A DNA stretch of 64,000 nt from an uncultured delta proteobacterium (GTDB lineage: Bacteria > Desulfobacterota > RBG-13-43-22): positions 128,001-192,000 of the forward strand of contig CAWDKY010000016.1 of assembly GCA_963802945.1 (NCBI GenBank), written 5' to 3'. Position 1 is the first letter of the stretch; every line of letters begins with the position of its first letter. The notes below the pieces were generated by a model, which made no database searches, was not told where the DNA came from, and saw nothing but the letters and a program-made list of their open reading frames with translations. The position numbers and the translations under genes were made by a program. Below, piece by piece: positions 19,127 through 29,866 of the stretch.

Positions 19127-20566
19127 TCAGACCAGTCCTAAACGATGACGTATGATAGTCCAGACCATGCGTAGAAATATCCCTACGCTCTGGTGACGCT
19201 CAGCCAATACTTCATTGGTACGCAAAAAACTCACCGGCACCTCAATGAGACGTTGTCGACTGCGCAGGGTTTCGATGGTCATCTCCAGGACATATTCAGG
19301 ACCAGTGCTTCGCAAACGATCTTTGATCTCTAAATAACAATGGCGCCAGAGAATACGGTAGGTACAGCCTACATCGGTCAAGCGGACCCGGTGGGTGATC
19401 CAGCACAGTTCCACAAGCTTGGCCAGAAAGATATGGGCCAGGCGTACCGGACCTCGCATACGGCTTCCTTGATGGATAAGTTGCCGAGTGGTGCGGGTCC
19501 CCAGCACCAGATCGGCATCGGAAGTATAGGCCAAAAGCTTGGTAAGGTCTGTGGGATAGAAGGAATAATAGCCCTCGGTTATGGTAATCAACTCCCCCTT
19601 GGCCTGTTCCAGTCCAAAAGCGATCATGCTTCCGTATTCCTCTTTTCCCAAAGGGCAGGGTAACCATCTAACCTTCGAAAGGGCCTGTATCCAGGCCGGT
19701 TCCGCCAAACCGTGAGGAACCACTACCAGCACCTCATTGACTCGTCCCTGATTATTAAACTCAGTGACTAAACGGGAAAGTCCCTCCTCATTACCAAAAG
19801 CCTGAACTACCACACTGAGGCTGGTCTGGGGCAGGCGCTTACTTTTACTTAGGAAATTGGCCCAATTCAGGCTGTCGACGTCGTTGATATTGACATACTG
19901 ACCTTCCAGGAAGAAGGGCCGAAAAAATTGGCCTTCTTGAGCAGCTTGGTCCAGCACCTCGATGAAGCCAGGAGAAGAGTCCTTTTGTGCAAAAGCGGAC
20001 TCCAGAAGATCAAAAACCATGGGCGACAGGAGCAGGGTTCCAGTTCCAAGGAGTTCGCCCTCTATCTTTCGGGGTTTTTCAATGAGGCGGGCGATATGTC
20101 CATTTTTAAAATGTACCGTGTAATTGCGGCGAATGCTGTCATTGTCCTGGGTCTTATACAATCCACAGATCCCCAGTGCCCCATCCAGAGGTTGAGTCAG
20201 CAATTGGGCGTGATTGGTGTCTTGATAAAATTCATCGGAGAGCATCAGAATGAATGGGTCTTGTATATGTTCCCTGGCCAGGAAAACGGAGTAGGCCAGA
20301 CCACGATGCACGGCCTCGTTCTGAAGATATTCGATGTGGACTCCGAACTGTTCACCATTATTGAAGTGTTGCCGTATCACTTGGCCAAGTTCATTGACGA
20401 CTATAAAAATATTTTGAACCCCCAATTGGTCCCGAAGCAAGGTCAACGTGTACTCCAGGAGAGGTATTCCCGACACCTTAAGCATCCCCTTGGGAATGTT
20501 CCGAGTGTAAGGGTAGGCCCGTGTTCCCTTACCGGCAGCCGGTATGAGTGCTTTAATTTCCGCCAT
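19127..20566 (-). CDS. Fusion of sugar-1-phosphate nucleotidyltransferase and GT2-like domain
   Basis: N-terminal IPAAGKGTR..P...PK, EKP, VNIND. C-terminal ADLVLGTR, LTDVGCTYR, IEVPV. Confidence 0.85.
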   Translation of the reverse strand: MAEIKALIPAAGKGTRAYPYTRNIPKGMLKVSGIPLLEYTLTLLRDQLGVQNIFIVVNELGQVIRQHFNNGEQFGVHIEYLQNEAVHRGLAYSVFLAREHIQDPFILMLSDEFYQDTNHAQLLTQPLDGALGICGLYKTQDNDSIRRNYTVHFKNGHIARLIEKPRKIEGELLGTGTLLLSPMVFDLLESAFAQKDSSPGFIEVLDQAAQEGQFFRPFFLEGQYVNINDVDSLNWANFLSKSKRLPQTSLSVVVQAFGNEEGLSRLVTEFNNQGRVNEVLVVVPHGLAEPAWIQALSKVRWLPCPLGKEEYGSMIAFGLEQAKGELITITEGYYSFYPTDLTKLLAYTSDADLVLGTRTTRQLIHQGSRMRGPVRLAHIFLAKLVELCWITHRVRLTDVGCTYRILWRHCYLEIKDRLRSTGPEYVLEMTIETLRSRQRLIEVPVSFLRTNEVLAERHQSVGIFLRMVWTIIRHRLGLV

Positions 20567-21230
20567 GGTTATTCAGCCGATATGCAATCATGACCCTAAG
20601 GGCCTTGAGCCCCTCTTTAAGATGCCTCATCTCGGAAAGCCCCTTCTGTCGAGGGGTGTAGGCAATTGGTATTTCAACGATGCGATACCCTCGAAGGGCT
20701 AGGCAGGCAGCCAGTTCAACTACATGCTCGAAACCGGATTTTGTGAAACTGAGACCTTGAAAAGCTTCTCGACGAAGGGCCTTCATGCCGGTGTATAGGT
20801 CGGTGAGACCCTGACGATATAAAAGATTGAAGAAGATGGTTAGGATATTGTTGCCCCATTTACGGGAATGGGACATATCCACCGGCCCCCTGGATAGAAA
20901 GCGGCTCCCATATACCACGGAGGCAGTTGCCAGACGATCCAGCAAGAGGGGAATGGCTTCGGGTGGGTATTCACAATCGGCATCGATGATGATCACTTTC
21001 TCCGAGGTGGAGCAGAGCAACCCATCTATCAAGGATCGGCCGTAACCTAAGTTTTTGCCATGGGAGATGAGGGTGATGCCGGGTCTGGCTTTTAAAAATT
21101 CCCTTGTTCCATCGGTGGATCCGTTATCGATGAAAATTAGATTAAGGGTCAGGGGCAAGGCCTCTATTCGATTAAGGAAGAGAGGCAGTATTTCCCGTTC
21201 GTTGAATACTGGGACCACCACATCCGCCAT
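20553..21230 (-). CDS. GT2 polyprenol-phosphate-sugar synthase (DPM1/ArnC-like)
   Basis: VVPVFNE, DNGSTDGT, NLGYG, DAD, GSRF, TDLYTG, EIPI.Y.PR. Confidence 0.9.
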   Translation of the reverse strand: MADVVVPVFNEREILPLFLNRIEALPLTLNLIFIDNGSTDGTREFLKARPGITLISHGKNLGYGRSLIDGLLCSTSEKVIIIDADCEYPPEAIPLLLDRLATASVVYGSRFLSRGPVDMSHSRKWGNNILTIFFNLLYRQGLTDLYTGMKALRREAFQGLSFTKSGFEHVVELAACLALRGYRIVEIPIAYTPRQKGLSEMRHLKEGLKALRVMIAYRLNNHGGN

Positions 21231-21644
21231 TTCTCTCTCCCCTTAGTTTTGAAATGTAGATGGCCATGAAGATGCCGGACGCCTTTGTCGCTTTTTTAGT
21301 CCATCGATAACCACAACTTAACCTAAATAGCCCTTTATCACCCAAAAAAAATTGGTACTTCCTGGCGTGCACCCCATGGATTGAACACCCAAGGTTAGAG
21401 TAACGAACAGGGAGATAGCTTGTTAAGAGTTTGTCAGGAGATGGCCTCAAATTCATTGAGAGGCCGATATCCCAACAACAAATATAGACTTATACACCTC
21501 TTCGATAAAAAAGGGAAACAGTTGTTGGGCGATCCTACTATATTATCCCTTGGGTGACATTTAATTATGAATCAATGGGCGGCCTTCAATTTTTTTCGGG
21601 TCAAGGCCTTTTGTTAATTTTCATTAAAAAGATATTAAATGTCC

Positions 21645-21685
21645 AAAAGTAGATACTTACGGGCTAGGACCGCGGGTATCTACTT
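21645..21685 (-). terminator. Possible intrinsic terminator downstream of the GT-C pseudogene
   Basis: Inverted repeat aagtagatac...gtatctactt with a short U-run on the minus strand. Confidence 0.4.
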
Positions 21686-21737
21686 CAGCTTGATTCCCTA
21701 TAGCTGGAAAACTTTATTGTTTTTCCGATGAACGGAT

Positions 21738-24473
21738 TTAAAATAATTCTAACTCATGGATAGACCAATAATAAACCGGGTCTTGCCCTTCTTGAAGCAA
21801 TCTGAGATATCTTAAATAGACGGGAGAAAAAAAGTAAAGGGTTTTTTCTCCCGTCATTTTTAAAAGGGTTTCCCCTGTCCAATAAAGTTCCGATTTTGCT
21901 GTGGCCTTTATTTCTTGCCAGGAACTTCCATTCAGGGAATATAGAAATCTGAGCGAACGAGGATAATCATTCAACGATTTCCCCAAAGACAGAGTGCATC
22001 CTTTGACCAACTGGACCGTATTTAAATCGATTTGATAATAGATACCCGGCTCTTGGGGTTTCCCACTGCTCCAACACGTGGGCAGGACCCCATCTATGGC
22101 CTTTTCAACCTCCTGGGGATTGGCATTAGAGGAAACTTTCCAATTCTTGATGGGAAGAGGAATTTGACACTTAGGACTTGAAAAATCATAATAGGCCATA
22201 AAAGGCCCTATTTCTTTTTTGCGATAGAGGCGATCGGATTCCACTAATAATTTTTCTAAGTCTCTATCTTCTTTTTCGACGATAATGGCAACCGTTCTAT
22301 CAAGATGGGCTCTTGCAAATTGCTCAGCGTCGGGCTCTTCTTCTCCATTCTTCCCAGTAAGGTAATTTGAGATGACTGATCGTATCTTCCCGTTACTCTT
22401 GACTCGAATAACGGGTGAAAGCCAATTATTCGAGTAAACAAAATTGATTTTTTGCGCCTTTAAAAAAGTCAACAGCCGATCGATTTCCTGCCCCTCAGGA
22501 AATGGGCTTTTACTATTGCCCTTTTCATCATCGGGACTAAATAAAAATAATTCATTGATCGACCAGTTCGAATAATCGCTGTCTCGTAATAAACTTATTT
22601 TCAGAAATCAACATTGATGAGGAGGGAAGACCGTTTCAATTCTACCATGGCGGACATTGGTCATTGGAATAGGGCCTGTCCAAAAGGTAGGATTTTTGAC
22701 CTGCTGAATCTCGGAAACGATTTGCCAGTTCTTACCATCGGAAGAAACGGCTACTTGATAAGCAGCCGGAACCTGGTAATAGACTGCAGGAATATAAGAT
22801 ATTTTTCCAACAGTTTCCATCCGTCCAAGATTCAATAAAAAGTAAGTCCCCTTTTTTTGATGTCCCACAGTTTTCCAGCCCGTCATAATATCTCCATCAA
22901 AGGCATTTTTGACCTGTGACGGATTAACGTTCGAGGTTCCCGTCCAAAGGTCCCGAGGAATCATTCGGACCGTTTTGTAAAGAGGCCTGAATTCGGTGTA
23001 AACGACATAGCCACCCGGTGCCCAAATTTTTTGAAAAGAGCCTCCAATAGCTTTCATGTTTTCTTCAAAGCCCTTGTTTTCTCCTTTATAAAGGTAGCCC
23101 AGGCCGGGGGAGGCATCGACCAAGTCAATATAGTCAAGCCAACCTTCCTTATAGGGATGAGAAACGATAAGGACTTCTTTACTTTTAAAAATTAACCGGT
23201 TGCCGGGCCATTCATAATAAAGACGTGTATATCCATTATTAATTAGAAAGTCTATTAGACGATTTTCTGTCTCTTCGTATTTTTGATAAGTTTGAAATTT
23301 TCCAGGGTTAAAAATGGTCCAGGCGTCATGCCTTAGATTACCGGCAAAATTGGATAAAAGTATTAACCCAAGCAGGATGATAGATGAGAAATAAAATTTC
23401 TTTTTAATATCTACCAATAATACCGCAACGAAAATAGGTAGACAGGTATAGAGGGGCAAGAGATATTGCTGACCATTATCGCTAAGACGGATGCCATAAA
23501 TAGTTAAAAGATTGAGAAGGATGGTTACCAAAAAGAGGAAAAGAAGAATTTCCCCGCCGGTTTTTTTGGTGAGTCGGAAGGAAAAAGACGCCTTAAGTGC
23601 TTCCCGGAATCTATAGGCATAATAGAATAAAGCAATAAAATAAAATGGACCTATAATCAGATAACCGACAAATCAAAACGGTCTTGATTTAGAGGGGGGA
23701 AAAACCCGAACACTGATGGGAAAAGCATTGGTAAAAAATCCTCAAATAAGGAATGATATCGGCCGGTTCCCACAGGCTATTTTTCCGTCATCGGAAAATG
23801 GTGGATGACATTAAATATCCATAGGGGCAGGTGCCAATTAGGAACATGAAAATTAACAATAAGAAATTTTTACTAAAAAGGACATTTTTATCTCTCAGAA
23901 AAAGAAAAAAGACCTACAGGTAAAATATAGGTAATAATTAGGTAGTTGGTCCACCAACCGATACCTGATAACAATCCTAATGGTATAAAGAGAGCCTCTT
24001 TTTCTCAGGTGCAACATTCCGATAAATTAATGTATGGAAAATTAATAAAAGAAAACTTCCAAAAATAATGGCAAAATGATAATGGAGTCTTCCTCATGGC
24101 TCTATCCCAGCAAACTAAAGGCGGGATCGACAATAGAGCAATACTCATCAGGGCTGTTTTATAGTCAAAGAATGTTTTAGCCAAGAGATATAAAAGGAAG
24201 AGAAACAAAATGGAAAAGATGGCCGGTAAAAAGCTCCAATGGTCCAGGAGATGGGCCAAAAAACCTGAAAAAGGGACCCCCCAGAAAGGCTTCCAGGGAT
24301 CCCACAAAGTTTTGGCCGTAATAAAATACAGGAAAATCTCCTTTCATTACCATAAGGCTCATTAGGCCGACGCGGTTTCATCTGGCTGAGGAAGGGGTAA
24401 TAAGGGTCAGCCCTCGGGTGAGGATCGAAACTCCAATAATGACAAAGAAAAAATTTATTTCTTTTTTTTTCAT
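21738..24473 (-). pseudogene. Frameshifted GT-C + 2x discoidin glycosyltransferase, paralog of 2669-5380
   Basis: Collinear fragments in different frames: KGDFPVFYYGQNFVGSLEA (24177-24362), 24005-24307, LGLLSGIGWWTNYL (about 23940-23980), 22608-23531, 21738-22472 ending YYWSIHELELF. Confidence 0.82.
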
Positions 24474-25195
24474 TAAAAGAAAATAACTGGGAAGGGGTTT
24501 TTCTGGAGCCCTCGTTTTCGCGGTATCCTGTTCAGGGGAAAGCATTTTTTGTCGATAAAAATAAAACCGTACCCAGAGCAGGCTAAGCCCCAGGAACCCC
24601 AAAAGGCAAAAGATTTTTCCCCAAAAAACTACATCCAACCAGGTCTCGATGTTCCCGAGTTCCAGACAGGATAATTCATCTGTGCTTAAGGAACTATAGC
24701 CGGCCTGGCCAGGTCCGGCCACTTCTATCTTAAGCCATCCCTGGTTAAGGATATTGTTGAGACGTAATTCCAAGAAATGCGGGCCGGGTGACAGCCATTG
24801 TTTCGTTTCCCCTACATTATTGGGGCTGATACCTATCAGGGTGATAATCGGGCGGTTATCAATTAAGACTTTCCCATTATCATCGCAGGATAATTTTATA
24901 TGGTAGAATCCGTCTTTGGGGACTTGCCAGACTGCATAAGCGGTAAGAGAGGTGTCCGGCTTTTCTAAAAATAGAAAGGTATTATCAACTCTATAGGGGG
25001 CATAAGACTCCACCCGAAGTTGGTGCTTGTCCGGTCGGGCATGGGGAAGGAGGACCAGGTGCCAGACCATGGGCCAGATAGCGAGATAGAAGAGGAACAA
25101 AAACAGGCCCCCTCCTAAAAGAAAATAACTGGGGAAGGGCCTTTTTTTTCCATCCTCTCCGGGGCAACCGGTGATCCGGATACAGGTATATCCAT
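24474..25195 (-). pseudogene. Copy of the TM-PA14-TM module, frameshifted near its start and joined in frame to the GT-C pseudogene
   Basis: Near-identical to 18385-19107 (MDIPVSGSP vs MDITVSQSP). Frame break in the T-run at about 25142-25149. ORF 24378-25100 reads PSYFLL directly into MKKKEINFF. Confidence 0.8.
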
Positions 25196-25212
25196 TTTTT
25201 TAAACAACAAAC

Positions 25213-25466
25213 TCAGACCAGTCCTAAACGATAGCGTATTATGGTCCAGACCATGCGTAGAAATATCCCTACCCTCTGGTGACGCTCAGCCAATACTTCA
25301 TTGGTACGCCTCACCGGCACCTCAATGAGACGTTGTCGACTGCGCAGGGTTTCGATGGTCATCTCCAGGACATATTCAGGTCCTGTGCTTCGCAAACGAT
25401 CTTTGATCTCTAAATAACAATGGCGCCAGAGAATACGGAAGGTGCAGCCTACATCGGTCAAGCGGA
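25213..25466 (-). pseudogene. Duplicated 3' fragment of the nucleotidyltransferase-GT2 gene
   Basis: Almost identical to 19127-19386 (TDVGCT...RLGLV), with a 6-nt deletion (VPVSFLR to VPVRR). Confidence 0.9.
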
Positions 25467-25556
25467 TGCCGGACGCATTTGTCGCTTTTTTGCTTCACCG
25501 CTAAACACAACTTAACCTCAGTAGCCCTTTATCACCCAAAAAAATTAGTCTTCCTT
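25465..25556. repeat. Duplicate of the upstream region at 21271-21363
   Basis: gatgccggacgc.tttgtcgctttttt...cacaacttaacct...tagccctttatcacccaaaaaaa occurs in both places. Confidence 0.85.
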
Positions 25557-26137
25557 CTGATCGTCGGGCCTGATCGTTGATTTGTCCCCAACTCTTTCCT
25601 TTGGAGGACTGGTGCGAGTGGTTCTTAGGGTGTTTGACCTTCGGGTACCGACCTCACTCCTTCCCAATTTCCAAGAGAGACGCCCGCTTGGATTGGCTGT
25701 GGCTGGAATGGCTTAAGCTGATCACATTGAATAAAATAAAAATCTATTTTCTTGTTAACGAAAGGGATATATTTATCCTCCCCTGATAAACGGGATGGGC
25801 ATAAGACCCGCCCCCCATTATGAATCCGTAAACCGTATAGCCAAACATCGCGTCTTTCTTTATTTCGTCCTCCCTTTAGGATCAAATCATCTATCAAATT
25901 TTAACGTAATAATAATTTAATGCAAGATAAATTCAAACTTTTTTAATGATTTTTTGACAAACGTTAGTTGCTTGTTGTTAGCGCCGCTTTATAGCGGCTC
26001 ATAGCTGGCTCTGTCTTGATGGTTGCCCCATGTCCATGGCGCCTTATTTTTAATGTTGAAAATGATTATAATTTATATTGTAGCGGCATGTAATCAAAAT
26101 TAAAAATGAAATGCAGAGGAGGCGCCTACGAAGTTTC

Positions 26138-26372
26138 ATGAGCCGCGGTGTACAGTTACCATAACTCAAGGTTACCAAGGGGTAATAACCCTTGGCGGGA
26201 ATCAAAAAGACGGGGTGGATGCCATCCCGGATTTTATTCGAGAGTTTGCGGGCCGGATTCGGTTTTGTTCAGGGCTCTCGATATAGGCCCGGCGGTCAAA
26301 CCTTCAACACCCTTGGTCCCGTCATTGGACGATCAAATGGATCCAATTTCCCCAGTACATTCCATTTTCCTT
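26138..26372 (+). pseudogene. Eroded fragment of a DPM1-like GT2 gene
   Basis: Across frames reads GYQGVITLGGNQKDGVDAIPDFI / GFVQGSRYRPGGQTFNT / WSRHWTIKWI, matching the DGNNKD...VQGSR..PGG...NTP GT2 subfamily pattern. Confidence 0.6.
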
Positions 26373-26516
26373 AAGTTCTGGCAACTTATGAAGAATACCT
26401 GAGAATTCCCGGTTGTGATGCAGAAAAGGAAAAATTAGCCAAGTTCCTGGAAAGAGAAACCCTAAAAGTAATTAGGCCCAAGATTAGATAGGAGGATAGG
26501 AAACAAGCGAATTTGA

Positions 26517-28917
26517 TTACTTCCACTGTAATAAATGAGTGCCAGTCCAATAGAAAGATCCTAAATCTCTCTCACGGTTAACCTCTTTTATGGACCCTGA
26601 AATTTTTAAGCCGTAGTAAATGATTTGATCCCCAAACATTTTGACTGAATAAGTCGCCTTCAGCCTATCCATCGTTCGAACAAAAGAAGCGTTATTTTCT
26701 CGGGCTACCACAAAGGCAGGCCATAAGGAAAAATTCACCTTCTTTTTCATTCGGTTAAAGAAAGGAAAAATTCCATTATATCCCCACATGGAATAATCCT
26801 CGCCATGGGTTATATCATAGTCTTCTTGAAGGCATTTGATTTTTCCCTGGGTGAGGCGGGTAATTTGCGCCGACGGACCGATATCTGCGTAAACGTATTC
26901 TATCTTTTCCTTGGACAAAAAAAGAGACAATTTCTTCTGCGGAAACGGGATTTGATTTAACCTGTTTGTCCGACTGATAAACAAATATTTCCCCAATGGA
27001 CCAGGCCTGGGGGGCTGGATCGGTTATGGTGATCCTTATGAATCGAGCATCCTGGGGGTTAAAATTATTTTCAATCCGTCCATCCCTTAATTTCCAGAAG
27101 GGCCGCCCTCCAGACCAAAAAAGATAGGCCCAATTGTTTTTAACGGAAGCGGTTTCCTTCCAATCCCTCTCGTTGTTGGACAGCTCTATTCGATAATTCA
27201 CGGGAAAATCCCATTCCTTCCCCTTGCCGCACAACAAGACGATACGATTTATTTTGTAAATACGCCCTAGGTCTATTTGATAAAACATTCCGGGTTGCTG
27301 TGAAGAAGATGAACTCCAACTTGTAGCTATGTTGCGATCAAAGGCCCATTGGGCAGAGGCCAAGTTGACATTACTCTGCCCTTTCCATCCGAGTGGAAGG
27401 ATTTCCTGGGAAGCGGCTGAGGGAGGCTCAAAGTCATAATAAAGGACATAACCTTTTATTTTTTGATAGATTGAAAAAACCTCCCTTTTATAGGCCCCTC
27501 CCATGGCCTTAAACATCTCTTCAAAACTTTGGCGGTATTTGCCTTCCAAAACAAAGGCCGTTTTGGGAGCGGCATCGGCCAATAAGGTATATAGGGGATA
27601 ACGATCTTTAAAAGGAAGACTAAATACCGGATTCTCCTGAGCATTGAAAGTTAACTCGACGGCACTCCAATATTCCGGGGCATAGACATAGAAGTTTTTT
27701 TTCTGTCTAAGAAAGGCAAAAAGGCTATCCTCCATCTGCAGTTGTTTTTGGTAGAGAATCGATTTGTTTTTTAAGTCATGGATCAAAGAAATTTGATGAT
27801 CGCCATTTGCTATTAAGAGGACGGCCATCATACCGACAGAAAGAATTTTACTGAAACTTTTTAGTGCCCAACAAAAAAAGGCCAGGGTGATAGGGATGAG
27901 AGAATAAAGAGGAAGGAAATATCTTAAGGCGTCTTGCTCACTAAACCGTGATCCAACATAGATAAAACAAAAAGACATAAAAAAGATAAACAGTAGGATG
28001 GATGCATGACCGGAGGAGAATTCCCTTCGACGCCATTTCTTTCCTATCAACAAAAAAAGAAAGGATACCAGGAAAAGGGCGGCTATACCGTAAGCCATGA
28101 GAGAAAGCTTTCCCTTCAGGGCGGGGTTAAATACAGTAATAAGTCCGTAAAAAAATTTATTGATTCGAAAAAAGTAGTTCGGATTTTCTTGAAGCCGGCT
28201 AAATTTTAAAAAGGGGAACCGATATTGAATATTCCAGATCCAAAAAGGGAGACTCCCTACCATAACTCCAAAAGCGGCGATCAAAAATTTTCCTTTAATA
28301 ATAAAGCCCCTTCCTTTAAAGCAGAGAAAGAAGTAACTAGTAAGTAGATAGATAATGCTTAGGGGATGGGTCCACCAAGCCAGGCCGCTGAAGAAGCCAA
28401 GAAAGAACAAGCGGGAGGGAGAAAACCCTTTCTTGGTGGCATACCGGTGGCTGTAAAGGAGAAGAAGGTTTCCCAGCCACATTATCTCTATATACCCTCC
28501 GTTTGCCAAAGCGGAATAAAGCCCCATATAATAAAGGGGGATAGCCGCGAAAAGCATACTCAGCAATCCCACTGCACGGTTAAAAAGTTCCCTACCAAGC
28601 TGAAAAATCGAAATGATGAAGAGTATGGAAAACAGAAAGGGAATGAGGTGTAAATTGAAGCGGCTTACTCCAAAAAAAGAAAAACTAATTGAGGCCAGGG
28701 CCGCCTCCAGAATTCCCTCATAAAAAGAATTCCCATAAAAAAACAGGGGGAATTCCCCTTGGGCCATATGTTTGGCCATTAATCCGATTATGGCCTGATC
28801 GGAATCGAAAGGGAGGGTTTGAATGAAAGGAAAGCGACAGAGTATGGCTGAAGCGGTAATGAGAAAGAAGGCAAGCCAAAAGAATCGAGGCTGATTCATA
28901 TATTTATTTTCTTCCAC
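26517..28917 (-). CDS. GT-C + discoidin glycosyltransferase split by one frameshift in a 7-nt homopolymer (ORFs 26815-28917 and 26517-26996)
   Basis: DSDQAIIGLMA, GEFPLFFYG, DRYPLY and a discoidin domain, paralogous to 2669-5380. Removing one A from 26917-26923 joins EEIVSF to LSKEKIEYVY. Confidence 0.8.
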
Positions 28918-28993
28918 TAGCCGTTCCTTACCCTAGGAGACAGGGATTAAGAAGAGCGCTGGCAACTAAATTGGGACATCTATTGCTACGGAC

Positions 28994-29022
28994 TTGACAT
29001 GGCCGTGATTTTATAATATTTT
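28994..29022 (+). promoter_or_regulatory. Putative sigma70 promoter for the 29088-36573 gene run
   Basis: TTGACA-17 bp-TATTTT. Confidence 0.35.
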
Positions 29023-29087
29023 TAACAGAATATTAATGATTTTGCAAGACCCTAAATACTCTTAATTACAAAAAGGCGATCCTCCCC

Positions 29088-29834
29088 ATGTCATCCTATG
29101 AGAGCGTTCAAAGTTATTATCGAAAAAAGGGGGCTATCTTATTATATAAGGATTATGTAGTTGGAGGTGGTTCTTTTTGGGACTTAATCCGGTATGAGAT
29201 TTTTATTCAGTTAATGGCTGGATTCCCCGGTGCCGTTGGATTGGCAATGAGAAAGTTGTTTTTCCCTATCATGATGAAGAAAAGCGGCAAGGGGATTGTC
29301 TGGGGAATGAACATGGTTATTCGATATCCCCACAAGATACGAATTCAGGATCAATGTATCTTTGATGACGGATGTGTTCTGGATGCCAAAGGAGAAAGTA
29401 ATGAAGGAATTTCTATTGGAAAAGGTTGTATGTTGGGATGTCAGACCATTCTGGGATGCAAAAACTCGGATATCATTCTTGGGGATCATGTGGGGATCGG
29501 TGCCCACTGTATCATACATGCTGTAGATATCAGTCGGGTGTCGATTGAAGATAATGTGGTCATAGGCCCTATGGTCTATCTGGCCGGAGGAGGAAATTAT
29601 CATTTCGAACGGACGGATGTCCCCCTAAGCGAACAAGGGATGGATCTTAAAGGCGGAATTCATATAGGGACAAATTGCTGGATAGGGGCCAATACCGTGG
29701 TTTTGGATGGAGTCAAGATCGGCAATGATACGATAGTCGGGGCCGGCTCGGTCGTATCCAAAGACCTGCCTGCCTATTCGATTGCCGCTGGCAATCCGGC
29801 CAGGATTTTAAAAATGAGGCAGGAGTCGACATAA
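29088..29834 (+). CDS. Hexapeptide-repeat (LbH) O-acyltransferase
   Basis: IGTNCWIGAN..VLDGVKIG...IVGAGSVVSKDLP...AAGNPAR. Confidence 0.9.
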   Translation: MSSYESVQSYYRKKGAILLYKDYVVGGGSFWDLIRYEIFIQLMAGFPGAVGLAMRKLFFPIMMKKSGKGIVWGMNMVIRYPHKIRIQDQCIFDDGCVLDAKGESNEGISIGKGCMLGCQTILGCKNSDIILGDHVGIGAHCIIHAVDISRVSIEDNVVIGPMVYLAGGGNYHFERTDVPLSEQGMDLKGGIHIGTNCWIGANTVVLDGVKIGNDTIVGAGSVVSKDLPAYSIAAGNPARILKMRQEST

Positions 29835-29866
29835 AACAGTTTTAGCCTATTCATCTATTAAATGCT

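Noticed and set aside
21271-21363. Duplicated 90-bp non-coding block as a riboswitch or ncRNA
   Set aside because: No recognisable aptamer motif; explained by segmental duplication. An Rfam scan would be decisive
25577-25897. Short ORFs in AT-rich gaps (25577-25897, 44025-44637, 21172-21456, 12167-12361)
   Set aside because: No motifs, weak starts, low complexity; possibly eroded DNA but not assignable
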